The position numbers and the translations under genes were made by a program. Shown here piece by piece: positions 30,290 through 39,913 of a DNA stretch of 64,000 bases; position 1 is the first letter of the stretch, and every line of letters begins with the position of its first letter. Under the pieces are notes generated by a model, which worked only from the letters and a program-made list of their open reading frames with translations, made no database searches and was not told where the DNA came from. This stretch comes from an uncultured delta proteobacterium (lineage in GTDB: Bacteria > Desulfobacterota > Binatia > UBA9968): the NCBI GenBank assembly GCA_963771465.1, contig CAVYTU010000013.1, positions 96,001-160,000 of the forward strand, in the 5' to 3' direction.

Positions 30290-31714
30290 TTAGCGCGCCG
30301 AGCCGCCGGTGATCTGGCTTGCGGTATCGAGCCAGTCGAGCTCCATCGTTACACCCAGGAAAAATCGCCGCACGGTATCGTCGACCAGCCGGCGCGCGTC
30401 TTTGCCACGCGCGGCATCGATGAGTTCGAGCGCTCGTTGGTAGGCCTCGATGTCGAGCGGATCGTCGGCGCGCCGGTCGAATTCGCTCACCAGCCGATCG
30501 AGCGCTTTGTCGAGGATCGCCATGCCGCCGCGGTTGCGCACGTAACCGCAAGCGGCAACGAAGCCGATTAAGAACGGATCGCCATTCATCATCACATAAC
30601 GCTGATTGGCGTCCGACTCATAAGCCGCCGCCAGCTTGGGATGAACTTCGCCGCTGATTCGTTTCAACGTGGTGACGATATCGGTGATGTCGCCGATGTT
30701 ATCCAAGTAGGGCTGGTTCTCGTCGAGGAAACGCTCGGTCTCCACCGCTGTCGTCACATGGGCGTTGTGGGTGATAAACGCTTGGGTCGCCATGACGATA
30801 TCCGAGGCGAGAAATTTATCCCTGGGCCGCTGCTCGCCCGGCATCCTGCCGAGATCTTCCCAGATTGGGATGCCTTCGATTTTGAGATGCTCGATGAGCG
30901 GCCGTTTCATGATTTCCAACTGTACCCGCAAGCTCATGCGCCGCTGGCTCGAATTGAACGTCACCATGTAGTGGAGCAGGCCGGCGAGGCCGATACCGTA
31001 GAATATTTCGTAGCGAATCATCCGTTGCAGTAATGTTTCCGTGGCGCTTTGCGGATCACCGAGTTTTTTTACCGACCCGGCAACGAAGTTCCAGGCCTCC
31101 TCGGGCACGATGCCGTCTTGCACCAACTGTTCCCGGCGCCAGACCAACAGGACGGCGATAAGAAAGCAGTAAAGCCGCTGCAGCCCGTCGATGATCGAGT
31201 AACGAATGTTACCGTCGTTGAGCGAGCGCACGCCGCCGGCCCAGCCGATGGCAGCGATCTTACTTTCCGGCATGGCCGCGCCTTCGATGAAGTCGCGGAT
31301 CAGCCGGCGGTAGATCGGGTCGGTCATGTGATCGAATGGCGGCCGCTGGAAAAAGTTGTCTTTGACCGACAAGCGTTGGATGTAGGTGCCGAGGGACTCG
31401 CGCACGTGGCCGATCCTGCCGTCGGTCTTGGGATCGTCGATCTCCGGTCCGATAATAGTTACCGGACCCGGGCGCGTGAGCACCGCGGTGAATGCACTGC
31501 TCTTGAGCTCCTGCACCAAGGTTGTCACTGCGCTGTGAAGCTTGCGCGCGCGTTCCAGTTTCGTCGGCTTTTTGGCCCGGCGTTGGCCGCCGCCACCGCG
31601 CAGGTTTCTTAGTTCACGCTTGACGGTTCGAACCGACGGGCCGCTGTCCGCCACGTCCGGTCCGCGCACGATGTAATCGACGATGCCGTTTCTGCCGTAC
31701 TCGTTGATGGCCAT
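30290..31714 (-). CDS. DUF262/ParB-Srx-like domain protein
   Basis: FFQRP, IIDGLQRL and TFNSSQ..MS correspond to the QR / DGQQR / F..lN motifs; AAGGAGG RBS before ATG 31714. Confidence 0.65.
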   Translation of the reverse strand: MAINEYGRNGIVDYIVRGPDVADSGPSVRTVKRELRNLRGGGGQRRAKKPTKLERARKLHSAVTTLVQELKSSAFTAVLTRPGPVTIIGPEIDDPKTDGRIGHVRESLGTYIQRLSVKDNFFQRPPFDHMTDPIYRRLIRDFIEGAAMPESKIAAIGWAGGVRSLNDGNIRYSIIDGLQRLYCFLIAVLLVWRREQLVQDGIVPEEAWNFVAGSVKKLGDPQSATETLLQRMIRYEIFYGIGLAGLLHYMVTFNSSQRRMSLRVQLEIMKRPLIEHLKIEGIPIWEDLGRMPGEQRPRDKFLASDIVMATQAFITHNAHVTTAVETERFLDENQPYLDNIGDITDIVTTLKRISGEVHPKLAAAYESDANQRYVMMNGDPFLIGFVAACGYVRNRGGMAILDKALDRLVSEFDRRADDPLDIEAYQRALELIDAARGKDARRLVDDTVRRFFLGVTMELDWLDTASQITGGSAR

Positions 31715-32193
31715 TCTGGCCTCCTTTCTAACTTCGTATCCGGGAAACTGGATTGCCATATTGGTTATAGTTTCCTCGCGGTAAACTGAGGGAAGGGTTT
31801 TCGCAAGCTGTGTGGAAAGACGATGGTTATGACAGCGACGACAGCGAGCGAGCGCAAAACTCTTCGATGTCCTGGTTTGTCGCTTGGCGTGGATTAGCAC
31901 GATTCTATTCATCGCGTGCCTGAAAAAACCGCCGCCGAGAACGTTGGAAATGGGAAGATTAGGGGTGGATCGCTTTGCCGTTGAAGCAATCGCGATGGTA
32001 CATCCGGTGAATGTTAGCTCAATATATTGTGCCGACCCACCTGTGGGTCCACAATATACAGAAAAAAGCGGTCAACGGAAAGACAAATTTTGCGTTTTTT
32101 TCTTAATTTGACCTGATATTTGCTAGGGCGTTTGTCTTGTGGGCGGGTCGGTTGAACGGCTGTTGCCAGCTCCAATCTGCTAATCTCTTCTCT

Positions 32194-32736
32194 TCAAGCT
32201 AGCGGTTTCCTGCCGTCGGGGACGGTGACGTCGAATGCGTTGAGGGTCATCGCGACCATGGCATAAAAACCGATGGCGCTGACGAGCTCGACCATGCGTT
32301 GCTCGTCAAACATTTCCATGCCGCGCTTAAAAGTTGCTGCTGACAGGGTGTGCGTTGTATTTAGCTCCAGAGTGATATCGTAAACCAACCGTTCGTCTTC
32401 GCGCGAAAAATCAGGGGTGCGCCGTGCGCGGATGGCTTCGACGATGTCGGGCGCGATACCGTGCTGCAGCGCATGGGGTTCATGGATGTGCCATGCGTAC
32501 TGAGCGTTGGCGAAACGCGCCGCCACCAAGATCATCAATTGCACCAAGCGTCGTTCGAGTTTGACCCGCGAAGCGAACATGTCTTGGAGCTTGAGAGCAC
32601 CTTCGCCGAGCTCAGCATTGCGTAGCCAGACCGCGAACGGCCCGCGCACCCCGCCGCGTACGCGCTTGATGTCATCGTAGATTTTTCGTTGCTCGCTAGA
32701 GAGCGTGCTTTCATCCAGTTCGGGCAGGCGTCCCAT
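32194..32736 (-). CDS. Carboxymuconolactone decarboxylase (CMD) family protein
   Basis: GPFAVWLR, YAWHIHEPHA, ELVSAIGFY.MVAMTLNAF. Confidence 0.85.
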   Translation of the reverse strand: MGRLPELDESTLSSEQRKIYDDIKRVRGGVRGPFAVWLRNAELGEGALKLQDMFASRVKLERRLVQLMILVAARFANAQYAWHIHEPHALQHGIAPDIVEAIRARRTPDFSREDERLVYDITLELNTTHTLSAATFKRGMEMFDEQRMVELVSAIGFYAMVAMTLNAFDVTVPDGRKPLA

Positions 32737-32747
32737 GGGGCTTCCCT

Positions 32748-32815
32748 CGTGTTCGTGGTTCGTGCTCGTGTTACGTGTTGGTAATTTCTACCGCGATCAC
32801 GATCACGAACACGAT
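32748..32815. repeat. Intergenic CGTGnT / AnCACG repeat in inverted arrangement
   Basis: (CGTGTT/CGTGCT)n followed by (ATCACG/AACACG)n. Confidence 0.6.
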
Positions 32816-32818
32816 TTG

Positions 32819-33682
32819 TCAGTTCCGCCCGCTCAATTTCCGCCCCTGGTCGAGCACGCCGAAAGAGCGCGGTGAGGATGGCATCAGAAAACGAAAGCCG
32901 CTGGCGACCAGGCGCTCGATGTTTTTCGCATCGGGATGGGGATGGCCGCAGGGGATGTTGTGCTCTTTGCAGATTCTTAAAATATTATTGATCGCATCGG
33001 CGACCACCGGATGATCGTAGTCGCGCGGATGGCCCAATTCTTGGCTCAAGTCGCCTTCGCCGATCAGGACGACGCCGATGCCGGGGACTTCTTTTAAAAT
33101 TTTCGGCAGATTGTCGATGGCGCGGGTCTCCTCGCACTGGATGATGACGAGAATTTCGCCGTCCGGCGCGAGCGGCCAGACGTCGGCGCGCTTGTAATAT
33201 TCCTGCTGCGTGATGCCCCAATAGCGCGCGGCCCGAGCCGGCGCGTCGCCGCGGATGCCCGGCGGACTGTAATGCGGCGCGCTGGCGAGACGGGGATAGC
33301 GGCAGGCGCTGACGGCATTGGCCGCTTCTTCGACTGAACTCACATGGGGAAAGATGATGCCGAACACGCCGATGTCGAGCACCTGCTTGGCGATCCAGCT
33401 ATTCATTTCGATTCCGTTGGGAGGAATGCGCACCATCGGTGTCACCGCCGGCGCGAGGGTGGCGCGCTCGACGAGCTGTCCACGATCGAGCATGAATTGC
33501 AACGCGTTGCGCAATCCCGGAAAATCGAGTGGCGCGTGCTCCATTTCAAAGGCGACGCCGTCGAGCTTGGTCCCCGCCATCGCGACGGCGTTCTCGAGAT
33601 CGACGGGTGTGAAGGCGACGAAGGCGGTTTGGCCTTGCTCCAAGGCTTTGATTACTCCGTTGAGCCGAGGTATGTCTGCCAT
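32819..33682 (-). CDS. HpcH/HpaI aldolase family protein
   Basis: FEMEH, VRIP, KQVLD.G..GI.FPHV, QCEE, IGEGDLS. Confidence 0.88.
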   Translation of the reverse strand: MADIPRLNGVIKALEQGQTAFVAFTPVDLENAVAMAGTKLDGVAFEMEHAPLDFPGLRNALQFMLDRGQLVERATLAPAVTPMVRIPPNGIEMNSWIAKQVLDIGVFGIIFPHVSSVEEAANAVSACRYPRLASAPHYSPPGIRGDAPARAARYWGITQQEYYKRADVWPLAPDGEILVIIQCEETRAIDNLPKILKEVPGIGVVLIGEGDLSQELGHPRDYDHPVVADAINNILRICKEHNIPCGHPHPDAKNIERLVASGFRFLMPSSPRSFGVLDQGRKLSGRN

Positions 33683-33804
33683 AAGTATTTGCTCCTTTTC
33701 TAAATACGATTGCAGATGCGAAGGTTGGTATAGCAAAGGGTTTTGGAGCTGACAATCGACGCCCATGGCAAAGACTTAATTACGAATCATAGGAGGCGAC
33801 AGTC

Positions 33805-34809
33805 ATGATCATCGATGCCCATACTCATTTCACCACGGCGCCACCGCAGTTGCAGGCGTACCGCGGCCATCAGATAAGCAACCTTGCCAAGCCGATTCGC
33901 GCCAATTTGCAGATCAGCGACGAGGAGTTGGCGCACTCGATGGCGGGACAATTCAAACGGATGGCGGATTGCGGCATCGACCGGCTGTTGTTTTCGCCCC
34001 AGGCCGGGGCGATGGGGCATCATTTCGGCTCCCCGCTGGTCAGCCGCTACTGGACCGAAGCGTGCAACGATTTGATTGCGCGAGTCGCCAAGACATGGCC
34101 CGACAAAGTGTCGCCGGTGTGCCAACTGCCGCAGTCGCCGGGAGTGAGTCCGAAAGAATGGGCCGACGAACTCGATCGCTGCGTGAAAGATCTCGGTTTC
34201 GTCAGCTGCAACGTCAATCCCGATGTCGCCGGCGGGCGCGAGCCGATGACTCCCTCCATGGGCAGCGAGTGGTGGTATCCGCTGTGGGAAAAATTGGTTG
34301 CCCTCGACGTGCCGTGCACGGTGCACGCCAGCGCCTCGCTCAATCCGGCGATGCATCTGACCAATGCCTATTACATCGCGCACCATAATTCGGCGGCCGT
34401 CGAGATTCTCAAGTCGCAAGTGTTCAAAGATTTTCCCAAACTAAAAATCATCATCCCGCACGGCGGCGGCGCGATTCCTTTTCAATGGAACCGCCAGCGC
34501 GGCATGCACGTGAAAGAAGGCTTGGAGCCGTTCGAAGAAGCGGCGCGCCGGGTGTATTGGGATATGGCGATCTACGACAAGGAGTCGATGGAGCTGTTGA
34601 TCAAGCGCGTCGGCGCCGACAAAGTCTTGTTCGCCACCGAAATGTTCGGCGCGGTCAACGCCATCGATCCGAAGACGGGGAGAAACTTCGAAGACCTCGT
34701 GCCGATCTTCCAGTCCATCGACTGGCTCAGCGACGAAGAGCGCTACAACATCACCGAAGGCAACGCGAGGAAAGTGTTTTCGCGGATGTTTGCACAGACG
34801 AAAACTTAG
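33805..34809 (+). CDS. Amidohydrolase-2 family, LigJ-like (4-oxalomesaconate hydratase-like)
   Basis: MIIDAHTHFTTAP, VCQLPQSPG, IIPHGGGA, LFATEM.GAV..IDP.TG. Confidence 0.8.
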   Translation: MIIDAHTHFTTAPPQLQAYRGHQISNLAKPIRANLQISDEELAHSMAGQFKRMADCGIDRLLFSPQAGAMGHHFGSPLVSRYWTEACNDLIARVAKTWPDKVSPVCQLPQSPGVSPKEWADELDRCVKDLGFVSCNVNPDVAGGREPMTPSMGSEWWYPLWEKLVALDVPCTVHASASLNPAMHLTNAYYIAHHNSAAVEILKSQVFKDFPKLKIIIPHGGGAIPFQWNRQRGMHVKEGLEPFEEAARRVYWDMAIYDKESMELLIKRVGADKVLFATEMFGAVNAIDPKTGRNFEDLVPIFQSIDWLSDEERYNITEGNARKVFSRMFAQTKT

Positions 34810-34971
34810 TCCCTGGCGGATTACGTTGGGGCGGAGAATTGGCGCGGGCGCAATTCGGAATTCGGAAACTCAGATTCAGCTTGACGAGCAGGATAGATTG
34901 GCACGGCGAATCATGACGGCTTGTCCGGGCGCCCGTTACTTCGCCGTAGGCTCAACGTTTTGCAAGAGAAG

Positions 34972-35823
34972 CTATTGCAAGTTCTTATGAAAAAAATTTC
35001 CTACCCGGCTCTGGTAATCGGCAGCTAACTGACCATGGGCAAATCCCTCGTGGAACCAAAATTCGGCGCGGGGGTTATTTTTCAGCGCTGCTTGCAACGA
35101 CTGCGCGTGGGAAAAGGGGATCACAGCGTCCGCCGACGAATGGATCAAGAGAATCGGCACCGAAGTATTGCGCACTCGTTCCGCTGGTGAGACATCGCTC
35201 AGGTCGATGCCAAGGAAAAGCTTGGCCCACAAACCGACAAGATAGGCGACGGGATAGTTGAGCAAGGGTATTCTGAAAAGCTCCAACGCCATGTGCGCGA
35301 GATTGGCGTAACTCGCTTCGGCGATGACCGCTTTGATCTCGGGAGCTTTCTCGATGGCCATCAAAGCCACGGCGCCGCCCATGGAAAATCCCCACACGCC
35401 CACTTCTCTGACCCCTCTCGTTTTGAGAAATTGTACGGCCGCTAGGAGATCCTCGACCTCTTTGGCGCCGGCAGTGGAATAGCTACCCTCGCTTCGGCCC
35501 AGATAGCGGAAATCGAACAACAGGAGATTGAAATCTCCATGCAGAAACGCCAACCCAGGCAAGATATCTCCCTTGTCCGCGGGATAGCCGTGCAGCAGGA
35601 TTAGAGTCTTGTCGGTCGTTTTGGCGGATGGGATATGCCAGCCATGCAGCGTGAGGCCGTCCGCTGTTCTAAACGACACGTCCTGGTAACCCATCTTTAA
35701 ATCGCCCGGAGTGAGCGGAGAAATAATCTTCGGTGGGCGAATCGAAGCATAAAATCCCCAAAGGCTGATAACGATCAGAAATCCTAAGACGATAAGGACG
35801 ACGCGGAGCAGGGTTGCGCTCAC
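34972..35823 (-). CDS. Membrane-anchored alpha/beta hydrolase
   Basis: LLHGY, FDFRYLGRSEG, GFSMG nucleophile elbow. Confidence 0.88.
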   Translation of the reverse strand: MSATLLRVVLIVLGFLIVISLWGFYASIRPPKIISPLTPGDLKMGYQDVSFRTADGLTLHGWHIPSAKTTDKTLILLHGYPADKGDILPGLAFLHGDFNLLLFDFRYLGRSEGSYSTAGAKEVEDLLAAVQFLKTRGVREVGVWGFSMGGAVALMAIEKAPEIKAVIAEASYANLAHMALELFRIPLLNYPVAYLVGLWAKLFLGIDLSDVSPAERVRNTSVPILLIHSSADAVIPFSHAQSLQAALKNNPRAEFWFHEGFAHGQLAADYQSRVGNFFHKNLQ

Positions 35824-35856
35824 GGGAAACTCATTGGCGTGAAAAATTTTTGCCCA

Positions 35857-36225
35857 TCAATGCGGCCAGCCGTGTTGAGATAGGTCGATGGGATTGCCGT
35901 CAGGGTCGAGGACTCGGTATTCGGCTTCGCGGTTGGGCGGACGCTTGTTGACGCCGGTGGCGGCGTTTAAGTTCTTGCACGCTTCGCGCACCGCGGCGAC
36001 GTCTTCGACTTCGAAACCGAAGTGATTGATGCCCGTCTGCAATTGCGGCCCTTCGATTTCCCGCTCCGGTCCGATCGGGATGATCGCTAAGTTGATATGC
36101 CCGTCGGTCAGATAAGTCGCCGTGCCGATGCCGTGGACGATCTTCAGCCCGAATCCCTCGGTGTAAAACTTCACCAGCTTCTCCACGTCTTCGGTCAGTA
36201 TCGCGATATGACGGATGCGCGCCAT
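35857..36225 (-). CDS. VOC/glyoxalase family protein
   Basis: IRHIAI, GINHFGFEV, DPDGNPIDL. Confidence 0.88.
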   Translation of the reverse strand: MARIRHIAILTEDVEKLVKFYTEGFGLKIVHGIGTATYLTDGHINLAIIPIGPEREIEGPQLQTGINHFGFEVEDVAAVREACKNLNAATGVNKRPPNREAEYRVLDPDGNPIDLSQHGWPH

Positions 36226-36269
36226 GCCTGTACTCCTTATTAAGCGGGCAGAGCTATGAGTTTTTGAGA

Positions 36270-37256
36270 TCAAAACTTCAACCCCTCGGCAAATTTTTCC
36301 TGCTTCAACCGTTCAATAATCGAGCCGTCGGCGAATTCTTTGGGGTCGCGTTTGGCGGCGTCGGGGTATTCTTTGCCGAAGTTTTCCAGGATGAGCTTGA
36401 TGCCATCGAACGTTGGGGCGATGTAGTCCGGCATCAGTGAAGAGACGAAGTCGAACTCGGTGGCGATCAGTTTGGGATCGTTGATCTTCATGTACTTGGC
36501 GATGATGCGTTCGCTGTCGGCGCGGCTGCGCTTCAACGTGACGATCGCTTCGGTGGCGCATTTCATGTAGCGGTAGGCGAGTTCGCGGTTCTTCAACAGC
36601 CAGGTTTCTTCGACCACCACCGAAGTCCACGGGAAAGGTATCGCCATTTGCTGGGCGTTCGACAAAACCCGAAAACCCAACGCGCGGGCGTTGTCGGTGG
36701 CGGCGGCGCCGAGAAAAGTGTACTGGATCGTGCCGGCTTTCAAAGCGGCGACTCGGCTTGAGTCGGCGCCCATCTGGAGCATTTTCAAATCGCGGTCGAC
36801 GTTCAAGCCATTCTTGCGAAACAAATAGCGGAAGCCCTGGTCGGTGGAGGAGCCGAAGCGCGAGATGCCGGCAAATTTGCCGGCCATGTCGGGGATCGAT
36901 TTAATGTCGGGATGGACGATTAGATTCGACGCCAGCCATGGCAACGGATTGCCTAAGATCGTCAGCTTGATGCCGCGTAACCGCGCTTCGATCGATACCG
37001 GCCCGCCGCCGGCGATCTGCACGCTGCCGCCAAGCAGAGCGGCGATGTTCATGGTGCCGCTGTTGATGTAAAGCAGCTCGCCTTCGAGGCCGTGCTTGGC
37101 GAAGATGCCACGGTCTTGGGCGACCCAGAGAAAAGCTTGGGTGGCGTTGACCGCCGAGTAGGAAATGCGCAGCTTGTCGGCGCCGGCGGCGTCGCGGATC
37201 GGAGCAAAGACGGCGATCAAGGTCAGCAGCGCTAAGTGCAATTTGCGATTCATCAT
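36270..37256 (-). CDS. ABC transporter substrate-binding protein (NMT1/SsuA-like)
   Basis: Signal peptide; GIFAKHGLE and GISRFGSSTD. Confidence 0.85.
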   Translation of the reverse strand: MMNRKLHLALLTLIAVFAPIRDAAGADKLRISYSAVNATQAFLWVAQDRGIFAKHGLEGELLYINSGTMNIAALLGGSVQIAGGGPVSIEARLRGIKLTILGNPLPWLASNLIVHPDIKSIPDMAGKFAGISRFGSSTDQGFRYLFRKNGLNVDRDLKMLQMGADSSRVAALKAGTIQYTFLGAAATDNARALGFRVLSNAQQMAIPFPWTSVVVEETWLLKNRELAYRYMKCATEAIVTLKRSRADSERIIAKYMKINDPKLIATEFDFVSSLMPDYIAPTFDGIKLILENFGKEYPDAAKRDPKEFADGSIIERLKQEKFAEGLKF

Positions 37257-37347
37257 GACCGATGGGATACAGCGCTTCAGCCGCCAAGGTCAAGGGATTG
37301 TATTGCGGCATGATGCTGATTTATAAACCAGTAGGAGGAAAGTTTTC

Positions 37348-37758
37348 ATGGCAACCCATTGGTTATTCAAGACCGAACCGAGTGTTTATTCTTACCAGCA
37401 ACTGGTGAAAGACAAATCGACCATGTGGGACGGCGTGGCGAATAATCTCGCGCTGATGCATCTCAAGGACATCAAAAAAGGCGATCAAATTTTTATTTAT
37501 CACACCGGCGACGAAAAACAGGCAGTGGGAATCGCGCGGGCGTTGGGTGGCGCATATTCCGATCCCGGCAAGGACAATCCGCGCATGCTGGTCGTCGACA
37601 TCGAGCCGGTGAAAGCTTTGGCCAAGCCGGTGACCTTGGCGGAAGTCAAAGCGGACAAGAAGCTGGCCAAATTCGATCTCGTGCGTAATTCGCGCCTGTC
37701 GATCATGAAGCTCACAGAAGAGCAGTGGGACGCGATGATGGAAATGTCGAAGAAGTGA
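37348..37758 (+). CDS. EVE domain protein
   Basis: WLFKTEP..YS, WDGV.N, FIYHTG, RLSI. Confidence 0.9.
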   Translation: MATHWLFKTEPSVYSYQQLVKDKSTMWDGVANNLALMHLKDIKKGDQIFIYHTGDEKQAVGIARALGGAYSDPGKDNPRMLVVDIEPVKALAKPVTLAEVKADKKLAKFDLVRNSRLSIMKLTEEQWDAMMEMSKK

Positions 37759-37809
37759 TGCAGGCAATAGGCATTAGGCAATAGGCAACAGTAAGAAGGA
37801 AAGAGACAA

Positions 37810-38865
37810 ATGGCGGACGAACATAAACACGAACATAAGGGTGAGCATTCGCACGGCCATGAGCACGAGGCTCACGGCGATAAGCACGGTCATGAACATC
37901 ATGACGACAAACAGGGTCATTCCCATGGGCACGACGCGCACGGCCACGACCACGGTCACGAGTCTGACCACTCCCACGAGCATGATGCGCATGCTCACGA
38001 ACACGGCCACGAACACGCGCATGCGGAGGAACACGGGCATAAACACGATCACGATCATTCCCACGGACACGATCACAAGACGCGCTTTCACGATCCGGCG
38101 CACGCGGCGGAATTCGACCAGCGTGGCATGTCGGACATGCGCAGTCACTTGACGACTAAGTTGATCGAAGCGCTGACGCTCAAAGGCGATGAACTGATTC
38201 TCGACGTGGCGACCGGCACGGGGCGTGTGGCGCGTCCGTTGTCCAAAGCGGTTGCCAGCGGCCGCATCGTCGGCGTCGATGAAGCGATGGCGATGCTCGA
38301 CGTCGGCCATCAGCACAAAGATCCCATCGCGCACTACGCACAAAGCGCCGGCGAAGCGGACAAGCTGCCATTTAAAACCGGCACGTTCGATCGCGCTTTC
38401 GTGTCGTTCAGCTTGCACCACTTCGGCAATCCCGCCGGCGTCGTCGCCGAAGTCTTGCGGGTGCTCAAGAACAGCGGGCGGTTCGTCGTGCTCGATCCGA
38501 TTATCGAAGAGGCCAAAGACAGCGTCGATATCGCCCTTGAGGCAAAAATCAATCAGGTCTTCCGCCGCACCCACGGCGACGCCTTTCGATTTCACACGGC
38601 GAACAGCATTCAACGCTTGCTGACCAAAGCCGGTTACCGCGTGCCGCGCACCAGCGTGCTTTCTTATCCGTTCAATCAAGAAGGCATGGACGGTATTCCG
38701 ACCGGACCTCACTGGCTCGAAGCCGCGTTAGAATTGGAAACGGAAGCGCCGGAGCTTGCCGAACGCATGAAGAAAAACTATTTCACCTGGCACTCCCACG
38801 GCGATCACGCGCACGTGAAGGGAAGTTTTTCTTACGCGCTGATCACCGGCGTGAAGCCGGCGTGA
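37810..38865 (+). CDS. Class I SAM-dependent methyltransferase with ~90-aa His-rich N-terminus
   Basis: HxHxH tract; LDVATGTG motif I, LPF..GTFD, SLHHF, RVLK..GR. Confidence 0.85.
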   Translation: MADEHKHEHKGEHSHGHEHEAHGDKHGHEHHDDKQGHSHGHDAHGHDHGHESDHSHEHDAHAHEHGHEHAHAEEHGHKHDHDHSHGHDHKTRFHDPAHAAEFDQRGMSDMRSHLTTKLIEALTLKGDELILDVATGTGRVARPLSKAVASGRIVGVDEAMAMLDVGHQHKDPIAHYAQSAGEADKLPFKTGTFDRAFVSFSLHHFGNPAGVVAEVLRVLKNSGRFVVLDPIIEEAKDSVDIALEAKINQVFRRTHGDAFRFHTANSIQRLLTKAGYRVPRTSVLSYPFNQEGMDGIPTGPHWLEAALELETEAPELAERMKKNYFTWHSHGDHAHVKGSFSYALITGVKPA

Positions 38866-38875
38866 AAAAAGTTTT

Positions 38876-38927
38876 GAGTGCTGAGCGATGAGTGCTGAGG
38901 TGGACTCAGGACTCAGGACTCAGGACT
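38876..38927. repeat. Intergenic 7-mer repeat, inverted (TGAGTGC / ACTCAGG)
   Basis: TGAGTGC-TGAGCGA-TGAGTGC-TGAG, then ACTCAGG x3. Confidence 0.7.
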
Positions 38928-38956
38928 TTTTCCCGCTAATGACAGGAGCACCAACT

Positions 38957-39217
38957 GTGGCTAAAGCTGACTTCCGAACTTTCTATCGCGACGCCCACGC
39001 GGTTACTTGTTTAACTGACAGAGAGAAGATGCTCATGGGATTGGCCGTAGCCATGATGCGGCTCTGCGATCCGTGAGTTGAGCGGCGCCTTGCGGACGCA
39101 AGGAAAGCGGGGATGACGGAAGAAGAGTTGGACGCTGCGGTCGACGTGATTGCCGCGGTGGATGCGGGAGTGCTGGAATCGCTGAATCAGCGGGTAAAGC
39201 AGCGAAACAAGATGTAA
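38957..39217 (+). CDS. Small AhpD/CMD-like selenoprotein, CxxU (Sec at TGA 39074-39076)
   Basis: AGGAG RBS and GTG start. LTDREKMLMGLAVAMMRL-CDPU-VERRLADARKAGMTEEELDAAVDVIAAV; the AhpD-like pattern continues across the TGA. Confidence 0.82.
39088..39103 (+). promoter_or_regulatory. SECIS-like hairpin
   Basis: CCTTGC-GGAC-GCAAGG, 11 nt after the TGA; loop starts with G. Confidence 0.75.
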
Positions 39218-39422
39218 CGAGACGGTTGTGGACTACATGGGGACTACAATATGACGTAGAACTATGGTTCCTGCCAAGGTTCGACCAATTTTACCTCAAT
39301 GCGACGCCGGTCAAATTAGAACCCGGTACAAAGGCTTGGACCGAAGATTGTCGAGCCTCAACCTCTCCTTGTAAAGAGTGGAGATTGTTGATTGCGGGCG
39401 GCTTTTGCAGACATGAATATCG

Positions 39423-39824
39423 ATGTTTAGCGCGATGAAAACGTACTGCGGGAGTTGCCATTGCGGAAAGATCAAATTCGAAGTCGATGCCGAGATTGAC
39501 TATGTTCGAGTGTGCGACTGCTCCATCTGTCGCCAAAGAGGTGCGCTCATTCATCGTGTTCCAAGAGAAAGCCTGCGGCTATTAACTCCTTGGAAAGAGC
39601 TGGTCTGTTATCAATGGGGGTCTCGAACTGCAATGGATTATTTTTGCCCAACATGTGGCATTGTCCCTTTCCGACGCCCAAGCGATCCAACGCCGCAAGA
39701 ACTGAAAGAAGGGATACTCCCCTTTGATGGTTGGGCCGTGAACGTAAGGTGTTTGGAAGGCGTAGATCTCGAATCTATTCCAATCAAGTCTATCTATGGC
39801 AGCAAAATCCAACTTGGCGTCTAA
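39423..39824 (+). CDS. GFA (glutathione-dependent formaldehyde-activating) family protein
   Basis: GSCHCG, CDCSIC, FCPTCG, AVNVRCL. Confidence 0.9.
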   Translation: MFSAMKTYCGSCHCGKIKFEVDAEIDYVRVCDCSICRQRGALIHRVPRESLRLLTPWKELVCYQWGSRTAMDYFCPTCGIVPFRRPSDPTPQELKEGILPFDGWAVNVRCLEGVDLESIPIKSIYGSKIQLGV

Positions 39825-39913
39825 CAAACTAATCCACCCGGACGCGGTATTGACGCGGCTGTTGTTGTAATCGCGGCCGTGGACGAGGGCGTTTTTCAGT
39901 CGCTCAATTTCTT

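Noticed and set aside
37810-38865. Arsenite methyltransferase (ArsM) call
   Set aside because: Protein contains no cysteine
22871-38927. CRISPR array among the short intergenic repeats or the His-coding repeat
   Set aside because: Units are 6-9 nt with no unique spacers; no cas genes in the window
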